A stretch of 64,000 nucleotides of DNA from Chloroflexota bacterium. Its GTDB lineage: Bacteria > Chloroflexota > Dehalococcoidia > Bin125. The position numbers and the translations under genes are program-made. Where the stretch lies: contig JAPPFB010000018.1 in assembly GCA_028875225.1 (NCBI GenBank), positions 101,543 to 165,542 of the forward strand, given 5' to 3'. Positions 1 to 8,600 of this stretch are shown here, piece by piece; position 1 is the stretch's first letter, and every line of letters begins with the position of its first letter. Below the pieces are notes generated by a model. It ran no database searches, had not been told where the DNA came from, and saw only the letters and a program-made list of their open reading frames with translations.

Positions 1-18
1 GCGGGGGACTGACGCCCA

Positions 19-969
19 ATGCAGCCGCAGCGGGTCGCCGTCGTCGGAGCCGGCGCGGTCGGCTGCTACTTCGGTATGCGCCTCGCCGAGGCCGGACACG
101 ACGTCCGCTTCCTCATGCGACGCGACTACGACGCCGTCACGTCGGGCGGACTGCACCTGACCAGCCACCTCGGCGACCTCTCCCTCGCCGCGCCGACCGT
201 AGAGCGCACGCCCGAAGCGCTCGCCGCGCACGGACCCGTCGACTGGGTCCTGGTCGGACTCAAGGCCACGGCGATTCCCGGCGTCCCGAAGCTGGTCGGA
301 CCACTGCTCTCGGAAGACACCCGCGTCCTCGCGATCATGAACGGACTCAGCGTCGACGAAGAGATCGCCGCCGAACTCCCCGCTGGCACGTCGTTATTCG
401 GCGGGCTCGGATTCATTGGCGTGATTCGCGGCGAGCCGGGCCGCATCCTGCACCAGGAGTTCGGCGCGATCAACCTCGGACATCACGGCGACGACCCCGA
501 CGAGCTGCAGCGCGGCGTCAACCTGTTCGACGGCAGCAAGGTCGAGATCCGCCCCGAAGCCAGCCTGCTCAAGGCGCGCTGGGAGAAGCTCTGTTGGAAC
601 ATCCCCTTCAACGGCCTCTGCGTGATCGCCGGCGGCGTCCCCGTCGACCAGGTGATCGAGGACCCGCCCCTCTACGACGCCGCCCACGAGCTGATCAAGG
701 AAATCGTCGCCGCCGGCAACGCCGACCTCGAGGCCCACGGCCAATCCGCCCGCATCGACGGCCCCCGCATCGCCCACCTCTTCCTCACCCAGACCCTCGG
801 CATGGGAGCCTACCGCCCCAGCACCGTCATCGACTACAACAACGGCCGCCCCCTCGAACTAGACGCCATCTTCCGCCAACCCGTCCAGAGAGCCAGCGAA
901 CTGGGAGTAGGAGTGCCAATGATGTCGATGGTGGCGTCGTTGGTCGGGAAGTTGGGGGATCGGGAGTGA
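19..969 (+). CDS. panE: 2-dehydropantoate 2-reductase (ApbA/PanE family)
   Basis: 316-aa ORF. N-terminal Rossmann motif VAVVGAGAVGCYFG. C-terminal KARWEKLCWNIPFNGL region and length are typical of ketopantoate reductases. Confidence 0.8.
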   Translation: MQPQRVAVVGAGAVGCYFGMRLAEAGHDVRFLMRRDYDAVTSGGLHLTSHLGDLSLAAPTVERTPEALAAHGPVDWVLVGLKATAIPGVPKLVGPLLSEDTRVLAIMNGLSVDEEIAAELPAGTSLFGGLGFIGVIRGEPGRILHQEFGAINLGHHGDDPDELQRGVNLFDGSKVEIRPEASLLKARWEKLCWNIPFNGLCVIAGGVPVDQVIEDPPLYDAAHELIKEIVAAGNADLEAHGQSARIDGPRIAHLFLTQTLGMGAYRPSTVIDYNNGRPLELDAIFRQPVQRASELGVGVPMMSMVASLVGKLGDRE

Positions 970-3900
970 GTGAGCTCCGTCAGGTCGTGAAGCAATATCT
1001 CGACGCCATCTCGGCCGTCAGCCGCGTCGGGACGCCTGAGCTCTCCCACTACACCGCGCTCGACAACCTCTTCGACGCCGTCGGCGGGCAATTGACTCCG
1101 AAGGTCCGCGCCGTCGTCCACTACAGCGAGACCAACCCGGGGCAGCCCGACCTCGGGTTCTTCTCCGGCGACAACACCGACCCCGACCGCGGCGTGGTCG
1201 AGGTCAAGGGCGCGGACGCCGATCTCGAAGAGACCATCGCCTCCGAACAGGTCGACCAGTACTGGCAGGCGCGCAAGCTCGTGCTCGTGACCAACCTGCG
1301 CGAGTTCGCGCTGGTCGGACAGGACAACAACGGCGCGAAAGCGACGCTCGAGCGCTACTCGCTCGCCGACTCCGTTCCCCAATTCGACGAACTGCTGGAA
1401 CACACGACTCGCGAATCCAACCGGCACGGCGTCTCGCTGGGCGAGTACCTGCTACGCACAATGTCGCACCGTTCGACCATCTCCGAGCCACGCGACCTCG
1501 CCCGGCTGCTCGCCTCCTACGCCCGCGACGCGCTGCAGCGGGTCGAGCAGGCGGCCGAGGAAGAAGATTCGCTGGCCACGATCCGCAAGGCGATCGAACA
1601 GGCGCTGGGCATGTCGTTCGAGAGCGAAGACGGCGGGCGGTTCTTCCGCTCGACATTGGTGCAGACGCTGTTCTACGGCGTCTTCGCCGCCTGGGTGCTG
1701 TGGGCGCGGGCGGGCAAGACGGGCAGCTTCGGCTGGAAGGACACCGTCTACGAGCTGCGCGCGCCGGTGCTGCGCATGCTCTTCCACCAAATCACCGACC
1801 CCGGGCGGCTGGAGCGGCTGGGACTGGACGAAGTGCTGGACTGGACCGAGGCCGCGCTGGAGCGTGTCGACCGCGAGGCCTTCCTCACCAGCTTCTCTGA
1901 GGGCGAGGCGGTGCAGTACTTCTACGAGCCGTTCCTCGAAGCCTTCGATCCCGACCTGCGCAAGCAGCTCGGTGTCTGGTACACGCCGCGCGAGATCGTC
2001 CGCTACATGGTCGCCCGCGTCGACCGCGCCCTGCGCGATGACCTGGGCATTCCGAAAGGGCTGGCCGACGAGCGCGTCTACGTGCTCGATCCCTGCTGCG
2101 GGACGGGCGCGTTCCTGGTCGAGACGCTGCGCCGGATCGCCGCGACCGAGCAGGCCTCGGGCGGCGCGACCTGGGCCGAGTCGGTCCGCCAGGCCGCCGC
2201 GACGCGCGTCTTCGGCTTCGAGATCATGCCCGCCCCGCTGGTCGTCTCGCACCTGGAGATTGGCCTCGCGCTGGAGCGCCTGGGCGCCGGACTCTCGCCC
2301 GACCAGCGCGCCGGCGTCTTCCTGACCAACGCCCTCACCGGCTGGGAGCCGCACACGACCAAGCCGCTGCCCTTCCCCGAGCTGGAACAGGAACGCCGCA
2401 GCGCCAACCAGGTCAAGCAGCAGCGCCCGATCCTCGTCGTGCTCGGCAACCCGCCCTACAACGGCTTCCCCGGCGTGCCCGACGCGGAAGAGGAGCGGAA
2501 GCTGTCGGACGCCTACCGTCAGGTCTCTGGACCCGATGTGCCCAAGCCGCAGGGCCAAGGACTCAACGACCTCTACGTGCGCTTCTTCCGCATGGCCGAG
2601 CGCCGCATCGCCGAGAAGACCGGCAAGGGCGTCGTCTGCTTCATCAGCAACTACTCCTGGCTCGACGGCCTCTCCTTCCCCGGCATGAGACAGCGCTATC
2701 TAGACGCCTTCGACACGGTGAGGATCGACAATCTGCATGGGGATCGGATCATCTCGGAGTACGCACCCGATGGCCGAACGAGTGAGACGGTGTTTGCGAT
2801 TAAAGGGAAGTCACCGGGGATTCGGATCGGCACGGCAATCACAATGCTCACAAAGGCGGTTGGGGCCAAGGATGGCGAAGTGATGTACCGAGACTTCGAT
2901 CAAGCGAAGGCCGAAGAGCGAAGGAGTGCATTGGTCTTGAGCCTCGACGCCACCAGTCTCGACTCAGAGTATCGGCCGCTAGCACCACACCCCAAGCTGG
3001 GACTGCCGTTCAAGCCAACCGCAGTTAGCGAGGACTGGTTTGAGTGGCCCTCGCTTGTTGAGCTGTTTCCTACGGAGATACCAGGCGTCAAGACCAATCG
3101 CGACTCGTTTCTAGTAGACATTGATCGCGAGCGGTTGGTAACGAGGATCTCCGACTACTTCAATCCCGCTTTGACTCACGAACAGATCCGAGAGCGATGG
3201 CCCGTCGCTATGAGACAGACGACTTCCGTTCCTCTACCACCGAATACGGTGCGCAACATCCGTCTGGAGCGCGGCGTCAATCCAGATGGAATCGTTCCCT
3301 ATGCGTGGAGGCCCTTCGACGTGCGGTGGATCTACTGGGAGTCTGAGATCGGCCTCGTAGCGCGTCCGAGTCCGCACTTCAAACGACACGCGTTCGAGGC
3401 AAACATGTGGATCGAGGCGCGAGAGCGGGAGCCGCAACCAGTGTTTCAGCGTGGCACTCTCGTGCGGATCCTCGCCGACAACTTCGGCAATGGACTGTCG
3501 AACTTCTTCCCTCTCTACTTACGGGATGACCAGTTCGGCGAAGTAGTGGACGGCGTCAAGCGGGTTCTAAACCTAAGCGACGACGCCTCGTCCTACATCA
3601 AATCAATGGGTGTAAGACCGGAAGATCTCTTCTTTCACGCGCTGGCTACTCTGCACAACCCAAGCTACCGAGCCGAGAATGCCGACCCGTTACGGCTGGG
3701 CTGGCCTCGCATCCCCCTGCCAAAAGACCCTTCCGAGCTCGCCCTATCCGCCGCCCGAGGCCAACGCCTCGCCCGCCTGCTCGACACCGAATCCGACGTC
3801 GCCGACCTCCTCACCGACCACATCCACATCGCCGTCCCCACCACGGTCGACGGCAACCCCATGCAACCCGCCGACTTCCACCTCACCGCCGGCTGGGGCC

Positions 3901-4166
3901 ACTTCGGAGCCGACCAAGCCGTCATGCCCGGCCAGGGCAAAGTCGAGCGCCGTGGAGACAGGGTCGACGTCTACCTCAACGACAACGCCTACTGGCGAGA
4001 CATCCCCCTTACCGTCTGGAACTACCGTTTAGGCGGCTACCAGGTCCTCAAGAAGTGGCTGAGCTACCGAGAATCAAAGGTGTTGGGCCGGGCGCTCGAA
4101 GTGGGAGAGGTGTCGTGGTTCTCGGAAGTCGCACGGCGAATCGCAGTGATCCTGGAAACTCACTGA
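966..4166 (+). CDS. Fused endonuclease/N6-adenine DNA methyltransferase (type IIG/IIL or ISP-like restriction-modification enzyme without helicase domain)
   Basis: Same frame as track ORF 594..4166, but 594-965 is an Arg/Pro-rich out-of-frame overlap of panE. GTG at 966 overlaps the panE stop as GTGA and starts VSELRQVV. PD (1146-1151) ... EVK (1200-1208) is a PD-ExK-like nuclease motif. SAM motif I is VLDPCCGTGAFLVE (about 2081-2122) and motif IV is LGNPPY (about 2441-2458). The C-terminus WNYRLGGYQVLKKWLSYRE resembles the type ISP/IIG C-terminal domain. Confidence 0.75.
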   Translation: MSELRQVVKQYLDAISAVSRVGTPELSHYTALDNLFDAVGGQLTPKVRAVVHYSETNPGQPDLGFFSGDNTDPDRGVVEVKGADADLEETIASEQVDQYWQARKLVLVTNLREFALVGQDNNGAKATLERYSLADSVPQFDELLEHTTRESNRHGVSLGEYLLRTMSHRSTISEPRDLARLLASYARDALQRVEQAAEEEDSLATIRKAIEQALGMSFESEDGGRFFRSTLVQTLFYGVFAAWVLWARAGKTGSFGWKDTVYELRAPVLRMLFHQITDPGRLERLGLDEVLDWTEAALERVDREAFLTSFSEGEAVQYFYEPFLEAFDPDLRKQLGVWYTPREIVRYMVARVDRALRDDLGIPKGLADERVYVLDPCCGTGAFLVETLRRIAATEQASGGATWAESVRQAAATRVFGFEIMPAPLVVSHLEIGLALERLGAGLSPDQRAGVFLTNALTGWEPHTTKPLPFPELEQERRSANQVKQQRPILVVLGNPPYNGFPGVPDAEEERKLSDAYRQVSGPDVPKPQGQGLNDLYVRFFRMAERRIAEKTGKGVVCFISNYSWLDGLSFPGMRQRYLDAFDTVRIDNLHGDRIISEYAPDGRTSETVFAIKGKSPGIRIGTAITMLTKAVGAKDGEVMYRDFDQAKAEERRSALVLSLDATSLDSEYRPLAPHPKLGLPFKPTAVSEDWFEWPSLVELFPTEIPGVKTNRDSFLVDIDRERLVTRISDYFNPALTHEQIRERWPVAMRQTTSVPLPPNTVRNIRLERGVNPDGIVPYAWRPFDVRWIYWESEIGLVARPSPHFKRHAFEANMWIEAREREPQPVFQRGTLVRILADNFGNGLSNFFPLYLRDDQFGEVVDGVKRVLNLSDDASSYIKSMGVRPEDLFFHALATLHNPSYRAENADPLRLGWPRIPLPKDPSELALSAARGQRLARLLDTESDVADLLTDHIHIAVPTTVDGNPMQPADFHLTAGWGHFGADQAVMPGQGKVERRGDRVDVYLNDNAYWRDIPLTVWNYRLGGYQVLKKWLSYRESKVLGRALEVGEVSWFSEVARRIAVILETH

Positions 4167-4175
4167 CCCGCAGTC

Positions 4176-4460
4176 TCAAGCCGCCCGCTCGATCCGCTTG
4201 ATATCGCAGGCCGTCTTGCGGGCCTGGGCCAGGTCATATGCATTCTGCATTCTGAGCCACGCGTCGGCCGTGCTCCCGAATGCCATCTCAAAGCGAATCG
4301 CCATGTCGGCGGTGATCGGCGCGCGGCGCTCGCAAATGGCGGAGAGTGCCCCCTCTTCGACCTGCAAATGCTCGGCAGCTTCACCTACCGTCAGGTTCAA
4401 GGCTTCGATGCAGTCCCGAAGGACAATGCGGCCCGGATGGGAAGGACTCTTCATCGGCAT
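4176..4460 (-). CDS. higA: HigA-type antitoxin (XRE-family HTH antidote protein)
   Basis: 94 aa. HTH core LNLTVGEAAEHLQVEEGALSAICERRAPITADMAIRFEMAFGSTADAWLRMQ. Lies 12 nt downstream of the toxin ORF. Confidence 0.85.
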   Translation of the reverse strand: MPMKSPSHPGRIVLRDCIEALNLTVGEAAEHLQVEEGALSAICERRAPITADMAIRFEMAFGSTADAWLRMQNAYDLAQARKTACDIKRIERAA

Positions 4461-4472
4461 CAGTTTGCCTTC

Positions 4473-4751
4473 CTAGTGGTAATCGAGGAAGTCGACATCG
4501 GTCACATCGGCGCCTTCGAATCGAAAGACTATCCGTTCATTGGCAGAGACTGAAATCGACCAGAATCCACGGTACTCACCTCGCAGTGAGTGCAGGCGCC
4601 AGCCGGGAACATCCACGTCCTTTGGGTCAGCGGCGATGTCAAGGAGAGCGAGCATGTCTGTGATCTTATCCACATGCTGAGGCGGCAGGTAGCGCCCGTC
4701 GTTCTGCTCGTGTAGCCTGCGCAGCCCTCGATGGCGGATCCGGAGAATCAC
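4473..4751 (-). CDS. higB: HigB-type toxin (RelE/ParE superfamily, plasmid-maintenance killer)
   Basis: 92 aa with a GTG start. Carries RIRHRGLRRL and WRLHSLRGEYRGFWSISVSANERIVFRFE patterns. Toxin-first order is typical of higBA. Confidence 0.85.
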   Translation of the reverse strand: MILRIRHRGLRRLHEQNDGRYLPPQHVDKITDMLALLDIAADPKDVDVPGWRLHSLRGEYRGFWSISVSANERIVFRFEGADVTDVDFLDYH

Positions 4752-4879
4752 TGAATGAGCCTACTCCAAACCCCAGTCGAACTCGCCACACTCTCCAACC
4801 CGCCGACCTTCAACAGAACACACGTCCGCATACAATGGCCGACGCTGAACACTCAACACCGAGCCCACCGAGCGAGCCA

Positions 4880-5060
4880 TGAAACCCCAATCCAAACTCA
4901 CCGCCTCTGACACAAACCCGCACTTCCCTGTCATGACGCAGAAAAGCACGCACGAAACTGAGCCAGAACTATCCAAATCTGGACAGATCTGGACAAATCT
5001 GGACTTTTCCGGACGCCAAATCGCACCATTCCCAGTCCACAGCACCAGATCCGACAATTC
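4880..5060 (-). repeat. Leader-like repeat, copy A, with three 10-bp-phased iterons (4975-5004, AAATCTGGAC/AGATCTGGAC/AAATCTGGAC on + strand)
   Basis: The reverse complement aligns by hand with 63825-64000: cggatYtgStgctStggactgggaat...gtccggRaRagtccagRtttgtccagatYtgtcca. Both copies end at an ATG about 90-100 nt past the iterons. Confidence 0.65.
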
Positions 5061-5063
5061 CGC

Positions 5064-5579
5064 TCAGAATTCCCTCGCCAGGCCCAGCGCCGCGCACCAT
5101 TCCTCGATCGCCGCCGACCTCGATGCCTCGGTGTTCCAGTGCAGCGGACGCGGGCTGGTGCTCGGCAGCGCGATGAGGTTCGCCTCCAGGTCGGGGAACG
5201 CCCGGCGGAACTCTCGCAGCCGGCGACCGTTCAGGAGGATTGGAAACGGTCCCCGCGACTCCAACAGCTCCCCGACCCGGTTCGGCACGGCGTCGCGGAT
5301 CTTGTCGTCTCCCGACCCCTCTCGACGCACCCGCTCATACAGATCCCAGATCGCGAGGCCTCCCGCACGCACCTGCTCCACCCGCTCCGCGTACGGCGCC
5401 CCTGCATCTTCCACCACGCCGCAGTGCGCCATCACGCGCCAGAACCAGTTCTGGGGATGTGCGTAGTATTGCTGCCGCTCCAGCGACTGCACGCTGGGGA
5501 ACGAGCCGAGGATCAGGGCGCGGGTGGGGCCGTCGGGGAGGATTGGCGGGAGGCCGTGGAGCTGGTCGTCGGGAGGCAT
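5064..5579 (-). CDS. DNA-deoxyinosine (hypoxanthine) glycosylase-like, UDG superfamily
   Basis: 171 aa. Motifs LILGSFPSVQS, QYYAHPQNWFWR and LPSTSPR match my recollection of family-6 UDG / hypoxanthine-DNA glycosylases. Confidence 0.65.
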   Translation of the reverse strand: MPPDDQLHGLPPILPDGPTRALILGSFPSVQSLERQQYYAHPQNWFWRVMAHCGVVEDAGAPYAERVEQVRAGGLAIWDLYERVRREGSGDDKIRDAVPNRVGELLESRGPFPILLNGRRLREFRRAFPDLEANLIALPSTSPRPLHWNTEASRSAAIEEWCAALGLAREF

Positions 5580-5582
5580 GGC

Positions 5583-5705
5583 GGGAGCCCCCCTCTGCCT
5601 TCGGCATCTCCCCCCGCGAAGCGGGGGGAGAGGGGAAGTGGACTTGTGACATCTCCCTCTGAGCAGGGGAGAGGGGAACTGGTCCCCGCGTGAAGCGGGG
5701 ACTGG
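5583..5705 (-). repeat. GC-rich structured intergenic repeat cluster (R1 core in reverse orientation plus gtccccgcNNNNgcggggac hairpin)
   Basis: The reverse complement of 5583-5640 aligns with 22310-22390 and 22893-22947. Hairpins are ctccccccgc-gaa-gcggggggag (5608-5630) and gtccccgcgtgaagcggggac (5682-5702). Confidence 0.8.
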
Positions 5706-5708
5706 GAG

Positions 5709-6941
5709 CTACTTCGCGGGGAAGACCGGTTCGCCTCCGATGATGCCGGCGGCTTCCATTTCCTGGAGGTCTCCAGCCGAGAGGCCGAGGTCGTCCGAGA
5801 GGACCTGGGCGGTGTGCTCGCCCAGCAGCGGGGCGCGCTCGATCGGGACGTCGCTCTTCGACATCCTCGGCGCCCAGCCGAGCAGGCGGATCTTGCCGTG
5901 CGCCGGGTGATCGAGGTCGTGGACGAAGCCGCGCTCCTCGAAGTGCGGGTTGTGGAACAGGTCGTAGGTGTCGAGCACCGCCGAGCAGGGCACGCCCTTC
6001 TCGCCGAGGAACTCCATCACCTCCCACTTGGTCTTCGTCCTGGTCCACTGGGCGATTTCGGCGTAGAGTTCCTGGCCGTTCTCGTTGCGCTTCCACATGT
6101 CCTCGAAGCGCGGGTCGACCAGCAGCTCGGGCCGGTCGATCGCCGCGCAGAGCGTGTCCCACATGCGGCTGGTTACGACCATGATGTAGACCCAGTCGTT
6201 GTTGCCGCCGCGTTCCTCGCTCTCCGGCGTCGACTTGCACGGGTAGAGGTCGGTCGGCGCGCCGGCCGCGTTGCCCCGACGCGGCGCGACCTTCTCGCCC
6301 CACTCGGCGTACGCGATCCGTGTGCGCATGAAGTAGGTCATCGCCTCCTGCATCGTGATTTCGATGAACTGGCCCTCGCCCGTTCTCTGGCGTTGGACGT
6401 AGGCCGCCGTGATCGCCAGCGCGAGTTCCGTCCCGGTGCCCGAGTCGCCGACGGTCGAGCCGGGCAGCATCGGCGGACCGTCGGCCTCGCCGGTGACCGA
6501 GAATGCGCCGGCCGCGGCCTGGGCGATCATGTCGAAGCACTTGTAGTCGGCCCACGGCCCGGACAGACCGAAGCCCTTGAGCCGCGCGTAGATGATCGCC
6601 GGGTTGATCTCCTTCATCACGTCATACGTGAGGTTCAACCGCTCCATCACGCCGGGGCCGTAGTTCTCGACGAACACGTCGTAGTGGGGCAGCATGTCCA
6701 GTAGCAGGTCGCGGCCCTTGGGGTCCTGCAGGTTGATCGTGACCGAGCGCTTGTTGGAGTTCCAGTTGATGAAGTAGGGAGAGTTGAGCGTGCCCGTGCG
6801 CACGCCTCGGCCCGGGTCGCCGACGCCGGGCTGCTCGATCTTGACCACATCCGCCCCCAGCCAGGCCAGCGCCTGCGTGCACGAGGTCCCCGCCTCGTAC
6901 TGGGTCATATCCAGGATCCGCATTCCATCAAGAGCCGGCAT
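5709..6941 (-). CDS. Family III CoA-transferase (CaiB/BaiF/Frc-like)
   Basis: MPALDGMRILDMTQYEAGTSCTQALAWLGADVVKIEQPG N-terminus and GDSGTG catalytic-Asp region. ATG 6941 is preceded by GGAGGA. The track ORF extends to 6959. Confidence 0.85.
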   Translation of the reverse strand: MPALDGMRILDMTQYEAGTSCTQALAWLGADVVKIEQPGVGDPGRGVRTGTLNSPYFINWNSNKRSVTINLQDPKGRDLLLDMLPHYDVFVENYGPGVMERLNLTYDVMKEINPAIIYARLKGFGLSGPWADYKCFDMIAQAAAGAFSVTGEADGPPMLPGSTVGDSGTGTELALAITAAYVQRQRTGEGQFIEITMQEAMTYFMRTRIAYAEWGEKVAPRRGNAAGAPTDLYPCKSTPESEERGGNNDWVYIMVVTSRMWDTLCAAIDRPELLVDPRFEDMWKRNENGQELYAEIAQWTRTKTKWEVMEFLGEKGVPCSAVLDTYDLFHNPHFEERGFVHDLDHPAHGKIRLLGWAPRMSKSDVPIERAPLLGEHTAQVLSDDLGLSAGDLQEMEAAGIIGGEPVFPAK

Positions 6942-7033
6942 CGTCAGGTCCTCCGTCACAGGCGCTTAGCCACAGCCAACGCACGCACGCGAAGGGCGCG
7001 CACAGGCACATGATAGCCAGCGACGCTCAGACG

Positions 7034-8326
7034 TTACTCGAAGTACTCCTCGCCAAGCGCGAGGCGAGATTGGATGCGCTGTAAGGCCGCCATCGCTTCA
7101 GACGGGCTCCTCTGGACTGTCTGCTCATCGAACACGAACGGTGTCGCCGCCAGGATCAGCGGCTGTCGAATGAACGCTGCGTCGCTCGTGTAGGTATGCA
7201 CCATGCTCAACGCCGCGGTGATCAGATATCCCTGTGCTTCAGCGCCCGCGTTGATGAAGAACTCCCAGTGAGTTTCGCGGATGTCGTAGGAGAGCATCTG
7301 CACGCTGATGTTGGAACCGATGCTGGCAACCTTGACGATGACATCCAGTTCATCCTTTGTCTCGGCGATACTCTGCAGCGCACTCACCAGTGTGTCTCCG
7401 TTGAGCGCCAACATCGCCTCCAGGGGCGCCTGTTCCGTGTCGAGCAACCGCGCGCTGATTGTGGGTCTCACCGCTTCGGCATCTGCTCCGGCTGGCAAGG
7501 GGAGCCGTTCGACCTCACCTCCCGTATACGTCGCCTCGAGCTGGTCACAGCGTGTTTCCAGTCCAACGTTGACCGTCTCGTGAAGCAGACACGCGATCCT
7601 GCCGCTGAACCCGCGACGATTGAACTCCTCGCCCGCCAACCGACCGGCAGCTGCGTCGTCCAATGCGATGTGAAGCTCCGAACCTGCGGACGCCGCGAGC
7701 TCGGGACCAGAATTGAACGTGACGATCCGGGCGCCGGCCTTCTTCGCCGATCGCAGAGCCGGCCCAACCTCGTCGGGAGCCGCCAGCGTCGACGCTATGA
7801 CCGCTGCTCCATGGGCGCTGCATCGCGCGATCTCGTCGGCCTGCTCTTCACCCGTGGTCGAGTGGGTGAAACGAACCTGCATCCCTAAGTCCAGTGCGGC
7901 CTGTCGTGAGAACCCCCGCAACAGACGCCAAAAGAAGTCGGAGCGAGCTCCATGCGCGGCGATGCAGAAGAGCGGGCCGCCCGCGGCGCTTGGCCCTTCG
8001 AGCAGGATTGGCGAGCTGTTCAGCCAGACGCCGGTTGGAGCAGTGGCGGGGACCGTGTTCAGATCGGGATGCTGACGCTCACCCCAGGAGCCGCCGGCCC
8101 CCTGCTGTTGCAGGGCAACGCGGATGCTTCCCGACTCCGACGTGAGCGCGGAAATGCGGACGGTCGCGCCGTCGGACTCCTGTTCCGCCGTCGCGTCGTG
8201 GAAGAGCGAGTGGCTAATGAACACCGTTAAGGCAATTGCCAGTCCAAGAGCCAATAGAACAGGCAGTCGCTGACGTATCGACTTCACGAGGCTCCGCTGA
8301 AACAGGTACATGCCGGTTCTCTGCAA
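7034..8326 (-). CDS. Membrane-anchored periplasmic-binding-protein fold protein (type I sugar-binding-like) with unassigned N-terminal module
   Basis: One N-terminal TM segment (LPVLLALGLAIALTVFI), then the module at 8000-8167. PBP1 sugar-binding-like pattern follows (FCIAAHG..DFFWR, GAAVIASTL, GARIVTFNSG, LHIALDD..AGRLAGEEF, AEAQGYLITAAL). The track start is TTG 8326; ATG 8311 is an alternative. Confidence 0.75.
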   Translation of the reverse strand: MQRTGMYLFQRSLVKSIRQRLPVLLALGLAIALTVFISHSLFHDATAEQESDGATVRISALTSESGSIRVALQQQGAGGSWGERQHPDLNTVPATAPTGVWLNSSPILLEGPSAAGGPLFCIAAHGARSDFFWRLLRGFSRQAALDLGMQVRFTHSTTGEEQADEIARCSAHGAAVIASTLAAPDEVGPALRSAKKAGARIVTFNSGPELAASAGSELHIALDDAAAGRLAGEEFNRRGFSGRIACLLHETVNVGLETRCDQLEATYTGGEVERLPLPAGADAEAVRPTISARLLDTEQAPLEAMLALNGDTLVSALQSIAETKDELDVIVKVASIGSNISVQMLSYDIRETHWEFFINAGAEAQGYLITAALSMVHTYTSDAAFIRQPLILAATPFVFDEQTVQRSPSEAMAALQRIQSRLALGEEYFE

Positions 8327-8600
8327 TCATCTATCCAGGAGTGATTCATCAAAGACCAGGTTCAATGATGCGATCGGATTTTACACATCGCTGAGAGTCA
8401 TGCGCATTCCCGCCGCAAGCGAAGCCGATCAGCTCTTACATAAACACTCGCTGCATCTGGGTCACGACTCATTCACTGGGGGCGATCGCCGCCACCCCGG
8501 TCACAATCAGTTCGTGGCCCTGCCGATCATGAGTGGCCAGGCTCAGGGTGAATTTAGAACGTTGCCTACGGCCGATCGGACGGCTAGCGCCCGTCAGCCG

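Noticed and set aside
594-965. N-terminal 124 codons of track ORF 594..4166
   Set aside because: It overlaps panE in another frame and translates to a Pro/Arg-rich string. A GTG at 966 with GTGA stop-start overlap gives a sensible N-terminus.
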